From NCBI GenBank assembly GCA_002269645.1, contig NIVC01001115.1, forward strand, positions 63,403 to 127,402: DNA of 64,000 bases, written 5' to 3'. Shown piece after piece: positions 25,068-38,890 of the stretch. The stretch is from Macrostomum lignano. Its lineage: Eukaryota. Both the position numbers and the translations under genes were made by a program. The stretch's first letter is position 1, and every line of letters begins with the position of its first letter. The notes under the pieces were generated by a model. That model saw nothing but the letters and a program-made list of their open reading frames with translations, was not told the origin of the DNA and made no database searches.

Positions 25068-25449
25068 CAGTTACATAAACAGATGCGATGCATAGCACGC
25101 TAATCATTTCAGCATGTTTTAGGATTTTTATTTGTCTACTGGAAGTAGAGTAGAGCGAATAGTGTATTTTTGCATAATATTATTAAATAGTGAACTCTGC
25201 AAATCGATGCCGGTTTTTATATTTGCGGACAAATTGCTTGTGTTTTCCGGCTACTACTGCAAGTAGACAGCTGAACAATTTTGCATAAATCATTAATTAT
25301 TACTACTAGTGTTTGTATTTTCCCTTACTCTCGTAATCAGATGTCTATTTTTGTACGCTGCTTTTAGTTTAGAAAAACTCAAATTAATCCCTTACTGGGT
25401 TACTGGGTGTGTCGACACTGGAACTTAAATTAGCTACACAAGAACTCAA

Positions 25450-25712
25450 TCAACGACCTAGGAACTCAATTGACGAAACTGGGACTTCATTAACGACCTT
25501 TGAACTCAAATGACGACCTTGAAAATATAGACGGCCTTGAAACGACCTTGGAGCTCATTTGACGACCTTGAAACAGCCTTGGAACTCAATTGATGACCTT
25601 GAAACGGCCTTGGAACTCAATTGACGACCTTGAAACGACCTTGGAGCTCAATTGACGATCTTGGAACTCAATAGACGGCCTTGAAACGAATCGATAACCT
25701 TGGAACTCAATA
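25450..25712. repeat. 20/31-bp minisatellite (GGAACTCAATTGACGACCTTGAAACG(A/G)CCTT)
   Basis: Tandem units visible. Confidence 0.9.
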
Positions 25713-26267
25713 GGCATAAATGGTACTTAAACTTATAAAATTGTGTGTACGGCACTGGCTATAATTCAAACGAATCTTAAAGCTGGCTAACGCAATGTTT
25801 GTAAAAAGAACCCATTTGAACAAAAGATTTTAAATAAAAAATGAATAGAATCAAGTTACTGTTGAAATTAGCACAATAAACTGAATCAAATATGTTAAAA
25901 TTATTTTCGTTAATTTTTTATCTTCAATGCACCGTAATGCTGAATACAGAAGGAAACCAATGAGAATCTGAAGCACACAAGCTAACACAGCAATTAACAA
26001 AGCAACTACGAACTTAAAGTACATGCATGTGCACGTACAACTCTGCTATTAATAATTGATCTACGGACAGGAAAAAGACAAATTAAACAGACAAGTTTTA
26101 GTCTAGCTTGGCTTTATGAATCGGGGTATAATACACATTTCAACACACAGTTTTGGCGTTCAATCAATGTTAGCGAGATGAAAGCGGTACAGCCTTTAGC
26201 GCGAGTTGAAAACAATAATTAAATAATTCCTATTTTTAACCTAAGAATAAGGACGGTGCTTACTCAA

Positions 26268-27690
26268 AAAATAAGATGAAAATATATGGGTGCCTACTCA
26301 AAATGAGGATCTAGATATGCTCAAAATGAGGATCTAGATATGCTCAAAATGAGGATCTAGATATAAGGGTGCCTACTCAAAATGATGATCTAGATATGCC
26401 CAACATGAGGATCTAGATATGCTCAAAATGAGGATCTAGATTTGTTCAAATGAGGATTTAGATATGCCCAAATGAGGATCTAGATATGCTCAAAATGAGG
26501 GTCTAGATATAAGGGTGCCTACTCAAAATGAGGATCTAGATATAAGGGTGCCTACTCAAAATGAGGATCTAGATATAAGGGTGCCTACTCAAAATGAGGA
26601 TCTAGATATAAGGGTGCCTACTCAAAATGAGGATCTAGATATATGGGTGCCTACTCAAAATGAGGATCTAGATATGCTCAAAATGAGGAACTAGATATAA
26701 GGGTGCCTACTCAAAATGAGGATCTAGATATATGGGTGCCTACTCAAAATGAGGATCTAGATATGCTCAAAATGAGGAACTAGATATAAGGGTGCCTACT
26801 CAAAATGAGGATCTAGATATAAGGGTGCCTACTCAAAATGAGGATCTAGATATATGGGTGCCTACTCAAAATGAGGATCTAGATATGCTCAAAATGAGGA
26901 ACTAGATATAAGGGTGCCTACTCAAAATGAGGATCTAGATATAAGGGTGCCTACTCAAAATGAGGATCTAGATATATGGGTGCCTACTCAAAATGAGGAT
27001 CTAGATATGCTCAAAATGAGGAACTAGATATAAGGGTGCCTACTCAAAATGAGGATCTAGATATATGGGTGCCTACTCAAAATGAGGATCTAGATATGCT
27101 CAAAATGAGGAACTAGATATAAGGGTGCCTACTCAAAATGAGGATCTAGATATATGGGTGCCTACTCAAAATGAGGATCTAGATATGCTCAAAATGAGGA
27201 ACTAGATATAAGGGTGCCTACTCAAAATGAGGATCTAGATATAAGGGTGCCTACTCAAAATGAGGATCTAGATATATGGGTGCCTACTCAAAATGAGGAT
27301 CTAGATATGCTCAAAATGAGGAACTAGATATAAGGGTGCCTACTCAAAATGAGGATCTAGATATAAGGGTGCCTACTCAAAATGAGGATCTAGATATATG
27401 GGTGCCTACTCAAAATGAGGATCTAGATATGCTCAAAATGAGGAACTAGATATAAGGGTGCCTACTCAAAATGAGGATCTAGATATATGGGTGCCTACTC
27501 AAAATGAGGATCTAGATATGCTCAAAATGAGAAACTAGATATAAGGGTGCCTACTCAAAATGAGGATCTAGATATGCTCAAAATGATGATCTAGATATAA
27601 GGGTGCCTACTCAAAATAAGGATCTAGATATATGGGTGATTATTACTTAAAATAAGGATCTAGATATAAGGGTGCATACACAAAGTAAGA
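26268..27690. repeat. Satellite of 33-bp and 23-bp subunits (..CTCAAAATGAGGA(T/A)CTAGATAT..)
   Basis: 33+23 and 33+33+23 higher-order periodicity. Confidence 0.95.
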
Positions 27691-28129
27691 TTCCTCTTTA
27701 AAATGACAGCTTGAATAACATGTAAAAAACTGCAGAGTATAGAGAAATAACGAATTAAGCAGCATATTAACTAATAGCTATAAAAATGTCAATAATAATT
27801 TATTATTGTCAGCAATGTTAGTTAGAATACAATTATCTTGAAGTTGATTCTATAGATAGAATCAGAGATAATGGGGTCGCAGAAAGACTAACACATCTCT
27901 ATAATAAATATTATAATAATTTACACACTGCTTTGTCTAACAGAATTTCCGAACTTCACTAAATTGATTTATATGAGCAGAGCAGGGTACTCCATAAGGG
28001 CTGAAGGTAAATATTAGCAATCAGAGCACACGTAACGCCGGCTAACTTGAGTGTGAAAGCGCCGTGATATCAAATTGTTAATAATAGTTTTAATCCTTAT
28101 GAAGGACAGACTGGGGTTGTGCATGACCA

Positions 28130-28585
28130 GATTATGGGAACTTGTGATCATGGTCATGTCAGAATGAGCAGATTAGGGGTCATGTTTATGTCAGAATGAG
28201 CAGATTAGGGGTCATGCCATGTCAGAATGAGCAGATTAGGGGTCATGCTCATGTCAGAACGAGCAGATTAGGGGTCATGCCATGTCAGAATGAGCAGATT
28301 AGGGGTCATGCTCATGTCAGAATTAGCAGATTAGGGGTCATGCTCATGTCAGAATGAGCAGATTAGGGGTCATGTTTATGTCAGAATGAGCAGATTAGAG
28401 GTCATGTTTATGTCAGAATGAGCAGATTAGGGGTCATGTTTATGTCAGAATGAGCAGATTAGGGGTCATGGCGTCATGCCCATGTCACAATGAGCAGATT
28501 GAGGGGGTCATGCTGCTACTGAACAATGAGCAGATTGAGGGGTCATGCTGCTACTGAACAATGAGCAGATTGAGAGGGTCATAAT
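28130..28585. repeat. 31-32 bp minisatellite (GTCAGAATGAGCAGATTAGGGGTCATG..)
   Basis: About 14 tandem units. Confidence 0.93.
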
Positions 28586-28807
28586 ACTGAAAAATGATTG
28601 ATGATCAGGATTGTACTACAGGACAGGATGAGGTCATACCGATACGAGAGCATGACCAGCTAAGAGAATGAACAGCATTTTAGTCAGGAAACAGTCTCAC
28701 CTAACAGAAACAAAATATTTTGAAACGATCTTACTTCAAATTAAATTACAATCTCTATAAGCTGACGACAGTTCCAGGTAAAATCAGGCGTGCCAAAACT
28801 GCATCAG

Positions 28808-31279
28808 TCACGCGGCGTCATCAAAGTCGCCAAGCTGCAGCAATCCGTTGGTCAGCTGAGCTGCAAGGCGACTGGCGACCTGGTGAATCGGGAAAAGAAA
28901 GGTCATCTTATCTCTACTGCAGGCTTTGTCAGGTCATTTAATAATTCACCCAAGATTTTTAACCCGAATCGCAATTGCAAACCACAATATATGATCCCAA
29001 CACCCTACTTTTGAATCCCAATACCACGCTTCTGAATCCCAATACCCCACTTCTAAATCCTAATACCCCACTTCAGAATCCCAATACCCCATTTCAGAAT
29101 CTCAATACCCCACTTCTGAATCCCAATACCCCCTTCAGATTCACAATACCCACTTTAGAATCCCAATACCTCACTTCTGAATCCCAATACCCCATTTCAG
29201 AATCCCAATACCCACTTCAGAATCCCAATACCTCACTTCAGAATCCCAATACCCCACTTCTGAATCCCAATACCCACTTCAGAATCCCAATACCTCACTT
29301 CAGAATCCCAATACCTCACTTCTGAATCCCAATACCCACTTCAAAATCCCAATACCTCACTTCAGAATCCCAATACCTCACTTCTGAATCTCAATACCCC
29401 ATTTCATAATCTTAATACCCCATTTCAGAATCCCAATACTCCACTTCTGAATCCCAATACCCCCTTCAGAATCCCAATACCCCATTTCAGAATCCCAATA
29501 CCCCGCATCTGGAAACCCGAAATTCTGAATTTCAAAAGCGAAAACCGCCAATTACCTGGGCATCAAGGGCAGCAGCAGCTTCGGAGTTGGCTGCGGCCGA
29601 TGCATCAGCGGCAGCCAGAGCGTGCAGCAGCGGATACCGCTGGCTATGTGACTGCTGCTGCTGCTGCTGTTTTTTACTAGCCACGGCCTGTGCTGTCTCT
29701 GCAGCCGGCGCCGATGCAGCAGCGCCCGCAGTCGCTGTAGACGTAGCCGTCGCCGTAGCCGTCGCCGTGGAACTGCCGGATATCATCGGATGCCGTTCGA
29801 GAAGGCGCGACCTGCGCAGCTGCAACTCCAAATTGGACGGCGCCCTGCCGCCCAGCTGAGCCAGCAGCTCCGTGATCGGGTCGCCGGCGGGGTGGCGTCG
29901 TCGGTTCGCCGCGGCGGCTGCGGCGGCAGCGGAGGAGGCGCCGCCTGAAGCGGCTGCCGCTGCGGCTGTTGCGGCGGCGTCGGCGGCGTGGTCGCGCAGC
30001 AGGTGGCGCACAAGGCTGCGCATGCGCGGGCAGGGGCCGCTGCTGGGCACGCAGGCGCAGACTGGGCAGACAACGTCCGGACCGGCCTGGCGGGTTGGGG
30101 GACGTTGGGGCAAGAAGTCCTAATTTTAGATCCCTTATCCCAAATTTTAGATCCATAAAATCCCAATCTTAGATCCCTTATCCCAATTTTAGATCCATAA
30201 AATCCCAATCTTAGATCCATAAAATCCCGATCTTAGATCCATAAAATCTCAATCTTAGATCCATAAAATCCCGATCTTAGATCCATAAAATCTCAATTTT
30301 ACATCCCTAATCCCAATCTTAGATCCATTAAATCCCAATCTTAGATACATAAAATCCCAATCTTAGATCCATAAAATCCCAATCTTAGATCCATAAAATA
30401 CCAATCTTAGATCCATAAAATACCAATCTTAGATACATAAAATCCCAATCTTAGATCCATAAAATCCCAATCTTAGATCCATAAAATACCAATCTTAGAT
30501 CCATAAAATACCAATCTTAGATCCATAAAATCTCAATCTTAGATCCATAAAATCCCAATCTTAGATCCATAAAATACCAATCTTAGATCCATAAAATACC
30601 AATCTTAGATTCATAAAATACTAATCTTAGATCCATAAAATCCCAATCTTAGATCCATAAAATCCCAATCTTAGATCCATAAAATCTCAATCTTAGATCC
30701 ATAAAATACTAATCTTAGATCCATAAAATACCAATCTTAGATCCCCAATCCCAATCTTAGATCCATAAAATCCGCATCTTATATCCATTAAATACCAATC
30801 TTAGATCCCCAATTCCAATCTTAGATCCCTAATCCCAAATCTTTGACCCGCAACTAAAAACTTGAGCAGAATGCAGTTCAGAAAACTCACGGAATCGTCC
30901 GCATGCTCGGACACAACGTGATCCGCCAGGCCATTCTCGGACAGACCCAGCCGGCCGCACAATGGACAGGTGAAAGACATGGCGCCAGTACCCCGGGAAC
31001 AATGCCACCGCCGCTGGGATCGCTGAAATCCTCACAGTAGTAGATTCGCAGCATCTGCGGACTCAGGACACACTGCATCGGATGCGAGGCCTCGTGCTCT
31101 CCGCCTGGAATGCCGCGCGCCGCTCGCCGAAATTCCGAGGCGCCAAAATTGGCGGTGTCAAAGCAGGGGCCGCACAAGTCGAAATCGTGACAGCGAAGGC
31201 ATTTGTAGCGCCGCCCGGTGAAGGCGCGCTGGCCGCAGCCGTCGCAGCTGATGCCAGTGTGACGCGAATCCGACGACTG
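28808..31279 (-). CDS. KCMF1: KCMF1-like E3 ubiquitin ligase (ZZ zinc finger + tandem C2H2/Di19-type fingers). Exons 31279-30891 (1-nt frameshift near 30990), 30086-29556 and 28879-28808; 5' exon not located
   Basis: [47 protein letters not shown] and VVCPVCA..HLLRDH parallel human KCMF1. Splice junctions are phase 0. Confidence 0.8.
28985..29512. repeat. 21-bp minisatellite (AATCCCAATACCCCACTTCAG) filling a KCMF1-like intron
   Basis: About 25 tandem units. Confidence 0.95.
30120..30840. repeat. 22-bp minisatellite (TTAGATCCATAAAATCCCAATC) filling a KCMF1-like intron
   Basis: About 32 tandem units. Confidence 0.95.
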
Positions 31280-33169
31280 CTGCGGTCAATACAGCGACGA
31301 CAATTAGCTAGATATGTTACTCGCAAAATATATGCTCATCTACTCTTATATCAGTCGCAAAATCAGAGTTTTTAGCTATTTTTAAATAAGAGGACGAAAT
31401 TTTGTCATTTTTCGCAACATTCACAATATAATCAATAATAAAGATTTCTAAAGTTCCAAGGAACGCCCTATGCTCTCTGCAAGTATAGTTGATTGATCAC
31501 TATGGTAATTATGCTGATTATCATGGGGATTGACTCAGTTGTGTACCTAAAACACCGTAAGTCCAACATTAATGTCAATATGCTAAGATTAGTAAAGATA
31601 TACTGCAAATGGCCTATCTATATACTACATATTAAAATTCTGATATTGTACATCTATTAATATTTACTAATGAAAAATTAAATACTTAATAAGCCCAGCC
31701 CACTTTATATAATTCTACTGACAAGATACAATTTTCCTTTTGAGCTTATGGAAGAATATTTTTATAGATAAAAAGTCTAAAAAACAACTTTTTGAATGCA
31801 TTTGAACCATTAAAAACCTCATACTTTTGCCTAATTTGCCATTTAAACAAAAAATTAGTGATGTTTTATTTAGCTAAAGAATTGTTCTGTTATTTTTATT
31901 GAATAACAACAATTAACATGCTTAAATTTAGTACTTGTGATAATAGCCTTCTGTACAAATCTAATGAAACTTTTTTGTTTAAATGTGTTGTATTTCTTGA
32001 AATCTTTTCTGCACTTAATTTTTTAATCAGTCTTAATTTTTTTTAGTTTTGTTTCAAAACTTTTATTAAAATTGTTCTAAGTAAAAACTTTGAGAATTCA
32101 ATTCAACTTTGGTTTATTTTTCAGTGAAGTGAAGTAGAAAAAATGTGTACCATATATACTACTGATAAGTAGAAAACTAAAGTAACAGGAGACAAAGTAG
32201 ATAGTAGATTTTAAAGCATACTTATAGAATATCCAAGGTTATAACCCTCTAATCTTGGGAACACCCAAGACTAGAAGAAATACATACAATATATATGCAT
32301 GCAATCTTTAATTTGACATATTACTCAAGAAAATATCTCAAAAATAAAAAACATAAAAAAAGAAAACGGAAACAATAGTGCAAATCTGTCATTTCTGGCA
32401 TATCCCAATCCCACCCAAGGTGCAAGGAGGAACACATTTATGCAGTCCAATTCCCTGCTAGCCCACCTATAAATATGAACCCCTTGCAATAACATAATTC
32501 AACAAACTTTTAAGAGCTATCCAAATAGAAATACAATGGATCATTCTATGGATATTCTGCAAGATCTGATTGGCAAGTTATCTGAAAAAAGGAAGCTCCA
32601 GCTAGGGCCAGGCATAGACAAAAATAAAGCACTAATAAATTGCCAACACAGCCAAAGGCACCAAGTGGAAGCAATAAAAGACCAAAAATATCACCTTTGT
32701 CAACAACTAAAGATAAATAGCCTAGAGCATAGGTGGGCTGCCTTGCTAGTGATGCAGGCAATGGCACTGGTCTATTCATACGTGGTCAAGGCTATGCTAG
32801 GTAATGTGACTGCTATTGCGCTGTTTCAATGCACTATGCTATTTTGGAAACTGCACTGAAAACCTATACTTTTTAAAAAATTACACTAAAAATATTCTAA
32901 TCATCACCTCCATTTTGACTCATTACAGATTATATTTATGCATAAATTAAGCCATTGAAATAGGTGATATGGTAAATGCAACTTGTCCTTGTTCATTATT
33001 CTAACATTGTCAGATTGAAATAAACTGTTTAACTTTTTTGGACACCACTGTTGCTAATTGCTGTTTTTTAATTGCTTAATAATATGAGACAGAGTGCAGG
33101 TACAAGTGCCATTAATCATCCAAAATTTTATTAATCATATACTGTTTTAGCAATTTATAAATGTCTCAA

Positions 33170-34050
33170 AATACTACCTGTTTTATGGCTGTTGAAAGAC
33201 AAAGATAGTTGCCAATAATCAGCTCATTAGTTCATGGTGCAAAAAAGCCACAATGCAGATGTTGCCAAGTGCATTTTCTGTGGAGTTATATCCATTAAGC
33301 AACATGAAATCACTGCTTTACAATAGTACTCTGCTACCAAGAAGCACTAGTTGGCCATTGAGTTGGGCAAAGACTATCAATTACTGGATTTTTCAAATCC
33401 AAGTCCAATTAATAGACCAAGAAGTGCAATAAAGTCAATGCCAAATCAATGGAAGAAAGCATATGTTTCTCTGCACTAGTGGCAAAAAAGGACCAAGTGT
33501 TCTGTGTCACAGATAAGATGTCTAATCTTATCCCATTCTCAATCTTTCTAGACAAAGGGACAAAGCATGACCAATCATGGTTAATTGTGCTATCTCTACC
33601 ATTCAACTTATCATTGGAGAAGGCTCTTGCTCTTTGCTATTGTAGTTGCTCTTTCTTGGAGCTGAGGAGTTGATAGATGCTATGGCTGAAGGCATAGAGT
33701 ATATTGTGTAAATAATTCTCTATTGCTTTAAATTGCTTTCTGAAGGCATCATTTCTATAATGACAGACTTACGTAATACAATGCAAGGTAAGGCAAATCA
33801 AGGGCTCATGAATATAAATTCTAGATCCATAATCACAGCTGCATTTATTTACACATGTATATGCACCACATTTTTAGGCAAGAATAATGGCCTAATTGTG
33901 AAGCTCAGAGATTTGGCCACATTTGAAATTCCTAAGAGAGCAATTCAACCACTACAAGGCAGTCGCAACCTTCTAAGACATTGGCCATTGGCATTAAGGG
34001 ACTATATAAACTAGACAGTCATGATGTTAGACAAGGAATACAATTGGTTT
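33170..34050 (+). mobile_element. Highly decayed hAT-like transposase remnant
   Basis: Fragments AKCIFC..ISIKQH..AL...TKKH (BED-finger-like) and IISIMTD..NTMQGK..G..TCIC (hAT catalytic-region-like), interrupted by stops. Confidence 0.4.
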
Positions 34051-35912
34051 TTTTTCCTAGATTGGCTGGCCCTACTATTGTGACTTGCTAAACTCATGAA
34101 AATTTACTTGAGTCTAGTAAATTGAACTAACTATTGCACCTTATTGTATTGGCACCTTATTGCTAATTGTTGCCTTTAATATTTAAACATGAACCTACCT
34201 TTATATGCCTATATATCTGTTTTGTTGCAATCAACTCTGCATATATCAGTTATTTGATTTTATCAATTTTTTACTATAATATAATTGCAACAGAATTTTC
34301 TAGCACAAATAGTGCAATATGGTGCACATGGCACGCTATATTTGGCACACAGTCTATATAGTAAAATCTTAGTCCACACATAAAGTATGACATGTAAACA
34401 TAATTGCTTCTTTTTCAAATATTAAAATTAGTCCAAATAGCACAAAAATGTTTTTTCCAAATATACAAACAATATATTTTGTACTAAAAAATTTAAATAT
34501 TATGACAATCATTATTTTATTTCCATTAAAAAAATTCAAAATATGATTCTTATTTTCTTTAATCTTTAAGTTGCATATTTTTTTAAGTGGCCTAGTACAA
34601 AGTATACATTTCTTTTTTCTTGGTGCATATCACTTTTTTACTTGGCACATAGTCCAGGATGGAATTCTTGTATTTTTTAAGTCAAACAGAATTATGCAAT
34701 TTTTTATGGTGCGCAAAATATTTTTTATTGGTCACATTTTTTATTTTGGTACTTAGCATGTCACAAAATGGTAAAAACTTGTTTTTTTACCAAATATTTG
34801 TTTTGGTAAATATACAAACGAAAAAGAAAGAACAAAAAAGAAGTATAATGAAAAATGCATTCTAAGAAAATGTAGTGATTTGAATTTTCGTCTAAATACA
34901 TATGTTAGAAAATGTTACGAGTTTCTACTTTTTATAGAATTTTTTCGAATTTTTACTTTTGTGCCTTCTTTAGTTTTTACTTTTTATTCTTTTTTTCTTT
35001 GTGATCTTAGCTAGTAGGATTATCTTTTGCAAAATCCAATATCTCAAGCGCACTTCTGCATATATTAAGAATTAGCAATTTTGTCTGAAATTCTGCGACA
35101 CATTTTTTCCAGATTTTTTGATGCAAAATCGCATTTTTTCGTGTAATCGCATAATGTGTTGTGATTTTTTTGCAAGAATTCCATCCAGGCACATAGTGTA
35201 GGCCTATAGATAAAAATTTGACTAAGGATTTATTGTGGCTTACATGGTGCACTTTCCTGACTAAGGTTAATATAATGCAAATAGGTCTAGAAAAAAAGCA
35301 TAAAGCTTATGACAACTTAGTATTAGCAGTGAGATAGCTCTTGAGATAGAACAAAACCCTTATTACAATAACATAAGCCAAATAATTCTAATGGCTTCAT
35401 TAAAAGAGATTTGATTTATTAGGCCTAAGATTTTTTATTTAGACAAGTGAGATTTATCGTATAGACTAAATAATTATTAAAAATTAAAGATTAAAAATTC
35501 TCACCAAAGTCCATATTATATAACAATAGGTCTACAATAGCTAATTAGGCCCTATAGATAGCCTAGACCATTGGTATTAGCTGATAGGGCCAAACTAGAT
35601 TCATTCACTTCATGATAGAGGCCTAGTCTATAAGTATAAGATACTAGCTACAATAGTCTACTACATTGATATCTGTAGGTAGTAGGCCTAGCAGTCAATT
35701 TTGAAAAAAAAACCCAAGAAAAAAATTCACAAGGATTTCATGCATTAATATTCATGAATGAGGGGTGCTGCCTAACCATTTTTTCACCTGACTGGTATAG
35801 ACCTATAATTTTGGCAAATCATTTTACAGATGACTCATCATTACATAAGTGACTGGTTAGTACTAGGCCCTAGCTGTTTGCAGGATACATGGTCTAATAA
35901 ACAAAAACTAGG

Positions 35913-36100
35913 CAGTGGCGCAACCAGGGGGGGGGGGGGGGGGGGGGGCGCCCCCCCCCCTTAGGCGGAGACCCAAAAAAAATCGAAGGGGGGACCAAGC
36001 GAATTTTCGCCAAAAGCAGAGCCTCCCCTCCACCCCCCTCCCGGGACTTTACCTTCCAGAATCCGCCCCCCCCCTCAAAAAATTTCTGGTTGCGCTACTG
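35913..36100. mobile_element. 188-bp hAT-type MITE
   Basis: 15-bp TIRs CAGT(G/A)GCGCAACCAG (14/15) and a perfect 8-bp TSD AAACTAGG (35905-35912, 36101-36108). Confidence 0.93.
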
Positions 36101-37289
36101 AAACTAGGTCTTCTGACCTAGCTAATGCTACATAAGGCGATGTCGACTTGGTTGTTAAGCGAAAATAGATTTAAATTTTATTATAGATTTCGATCCATAT
36201 TCCATGTTTCGCAGAAATACAAAATTGTGTGAAGTACAAATTTTAGGTATGTATTACAAGAGGTTTCAAAAACGATATAAAATTTTTTCTATATTAAAAG
36301 CTATTTAACAGCTGCACTAAACATAAAGCAGCCTTTTACACGAAGGAAAATTTGTCTGTTTGTTAAACTATGTTGCAACCACCACTTTAAACGGTGCGTA
36401 GCTATATGTACTTCAAAGCTCCTATTTTTTAAACTTGAACGAAATAACGGTCCATGCATGAAAGCACCATAGCCATCCATGATAGTTTATGGACCCATGG
36501 GACATGGATGACCTAACCATGGTGTGTGAGTTTAGAATAGACGTTCTTAAATATCTACATGCAATTTTGCCGTACGAACATTATGTACGTTTCACGTTTG
36601 GTTGTTCTCCACTAACATTGGTTAATCATAACTGATAACTCTAGTAATGAGTAGAAGAATAATTTGCGCGAAACAGTCCTGACTCATCACTGATTTAGCG
36701 TCGCGCAATTTTTACCAGCTGAGTAGCAACATCCAGTTTGTCAGGCTCAATATCCCTGAAATAGCAACGAGGGAGGGAAGGGCGAGAGAGCGAGCGGCCG
36801 CTGACTGCAAGTGTAAGCATATATTTAATTAGTGGGTAAACAGATAACAACAACACCCCTAATCCAAAACCCAGACAAGTACCCCACGCGCAATGTACAT
36901 GTACAAATGAATCGATAAAATATATCGTGCAAGAATGCAAGTATCATAATCATAACGTCAGTACATCATGTACATAGATGGAACTACTTTACGAGAAATA
37001 ATTACAATATGAATGAAATACAAACAATAGAATAAATACATACGAGGCTACACATAATAAGGCATTTAACAGTAACAGAAGCGCGATAATAATACGTATG
37101 GAATAAATTGTTAAAATAAATGAAAGAATACAGTAGTAGCTTACGGTTATGCAAGTGAGGTAACGATATACGATACAGATGCTTCTACGAAATTAAGAAT
37201 TACCCTGTCACAGAGGCATCTGCATCCACTTTTCCGAAAAGGTCTACTACCGAGAAATTGCATGAGGTTTCAATTTTTGTGCAAAAAAT

Positions 37290-37405
37290 TGCTTTTTATA
37301 GGAGGCTGCAGACACAAATGTTCATCTTTTGATATGTTTTGCCTTTCTTACACATGTACACTGTACAGTAGCTTTATCGATATATTCTTAGTTTTTTGCT
37401 TAGAA
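37290..37405 (+). mobile_element. Fragment related to the foldback element at 1247-1899
   Basis: ATAGGAGGC..GTTCATCTTTTGATATGTT.TGCCTTTCTTA..TATCGATAT is shared with 1360-1445. Confidence 0.6.
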
Positions 37406-37499
37406 AATTAGGATTCAATTCAATTTTATGTCGCTAAGGCAGTCAACGCGGACACAGGACAAAGATAAACTGAAAGGGGAAGCTGTACAGAAAAAATCG

Positions 37500-37634
37500 C
37501 ACAAGCAAGCAAGCAACAAGCAAGATTTTCATTTTAGTATACAGAAATTTTTCATTTTTAGTATATCTGACTAGAGCGTTATGGACAAGCATTCAAGCAT
37601 ACAAACAAACCTTAGAGATTTAGTATATTTGGAT
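37500..37634 (-). mobile_element. Helitron-like 5' terminus fragment
   Basis: Minus strand A|TCCAAATATACTAAAT followed by GTTT/CTTG microsatellites, the same TATACTAAA signature as the Helitron 5' ends at 40543, 48794 and 58646. Confidence 0.45.
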
Positions 37635-38579
37635 TGTACGTCATTGAGAATTTCGCGTCGTTGAGAATAGCACCGTCATGCATTGCATGGGTTTATCCGC
37701 AGGTTGGCTATGTGCGAGGATTACACTGATACATGTTGTACAATCAGTTGTACAGTACAATGCATATTTGCGAGTTACATGTAGACTCAAATTAAGCATT
37801 TGTGCATGCTCCAAACAGTTCAAATATACAGTTACGTCAGTACATATGTTCGGATAAAATGCAGACGTATTGGGAATGATAATTTATATTCAAGGTTCAT
37901 TCAAGACATCCATTCTAGATCAACAAGGTAAATGTTTGCCAAAATATGCTTTTGTGTAAACCTCCCACATGACACTGCACAATGTTATTATTGGCAGCGT
38001 GGGGGGATCCAGCTTATTTATTATTCAGTTGCAGCTAGCGGTGATCGACCTTTTGTCAAAGCTGCAAAGTAAAAAAGGCGGGTCCATATATGAGAATTGC
38101 TCGCAAAGCGAATTGCCCGCCGAGTTTTTTCCCGCCGAGATTTGCCCGCAATGCTTTTTTCCTGCAGCGCGCATTTATATAGCCAGCCGGCAGATTTTGT
38201 TTAGCGTCCGGAGCGACTAGTAGCTTTGTTTCGATCTGCTCATCGAAGAAATACACCTGTTCCCGTTTCTGAGGATGTGCTGGGATTTCAACACAAACTG
38301 CAACTTTATAGCCAGCTAGACTAGCAATCTAGTGCGGCCCCCCCTTCGGGGCGCCCAATAAGAACGAAGCAAAAATAGTTTATGGAAATCAATGAAAAAG
38401 CACATTTTCGTAAAAACCAAGTCCTTCATCACTTTTAAAATTCACCTTATTCATTTAAAGTTGTCATGGACAATAATATTTGCTATGAATCTCTTTTTTT
38501 CTAAAATTAACAAACAGAAAAGAAAATATAGCTTTCACAAAGATCACAGTCATTACCCCTAAATAGAAAATATTCCCAA

Positions 38580-38890
38580 GACAGCAAGCATCCCCCCAGT
38601 AGCAAGCATCCCCTAATACTCCTAGCAAGCATCCACCCAGATAGCAAGCATCTGCAGATAGCAAGCATCTTGCAGATAGCAAGCATCCCCCAAATAGAAG
38701 CATCCCCTGGATAAAAGCATCCACCCAGATAGCAAGCATCCCCCAAATAATGTAGAAGCTTCCTTCCAGACAGCAAGCATCCTGCACATAGCAAGAATCC
38801 CTAAATAGCAAGCATCCTGCACATAGCAAGAATCCCTAAATAGCAAGCATCCTGCACATAGCAAGAATCCCTAAATAGCAAGCATCCCTG
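38580..38890. repeat. ~18-bp TAGCAAGCATCC subterminal repeat of the Helitron 3' region
   Basis: The same repeat occurs at 40685-40880, 48935-49075 and 63600-64000. Confidence 0.9.

Noticed and set aside
22640-28585. CRISPR-like arrays among the 30-33 bp repeats
   Set aside because: Contiguous tandem units without unique spacers, a eukaryotic context and no cas genes.
30985-31000. Programmed -1 frameshift at CCCGGGG in the KCMF1-like gene
   Set aside because: The heptamer is not in the X XXY YYZ register for the required shift; an indel is more parsimonious.
32536-32859. 107-aa ORF
   Set aside because: No recognisable motif, and it sits in an AT-rich decayed-TE region.
38200-38300. Possible exon (EIPAHPQKREQVYFFDEQIETKL)
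   Set aside because: Protein-like by eye, but I could not assign it to a family or link it to other exons.
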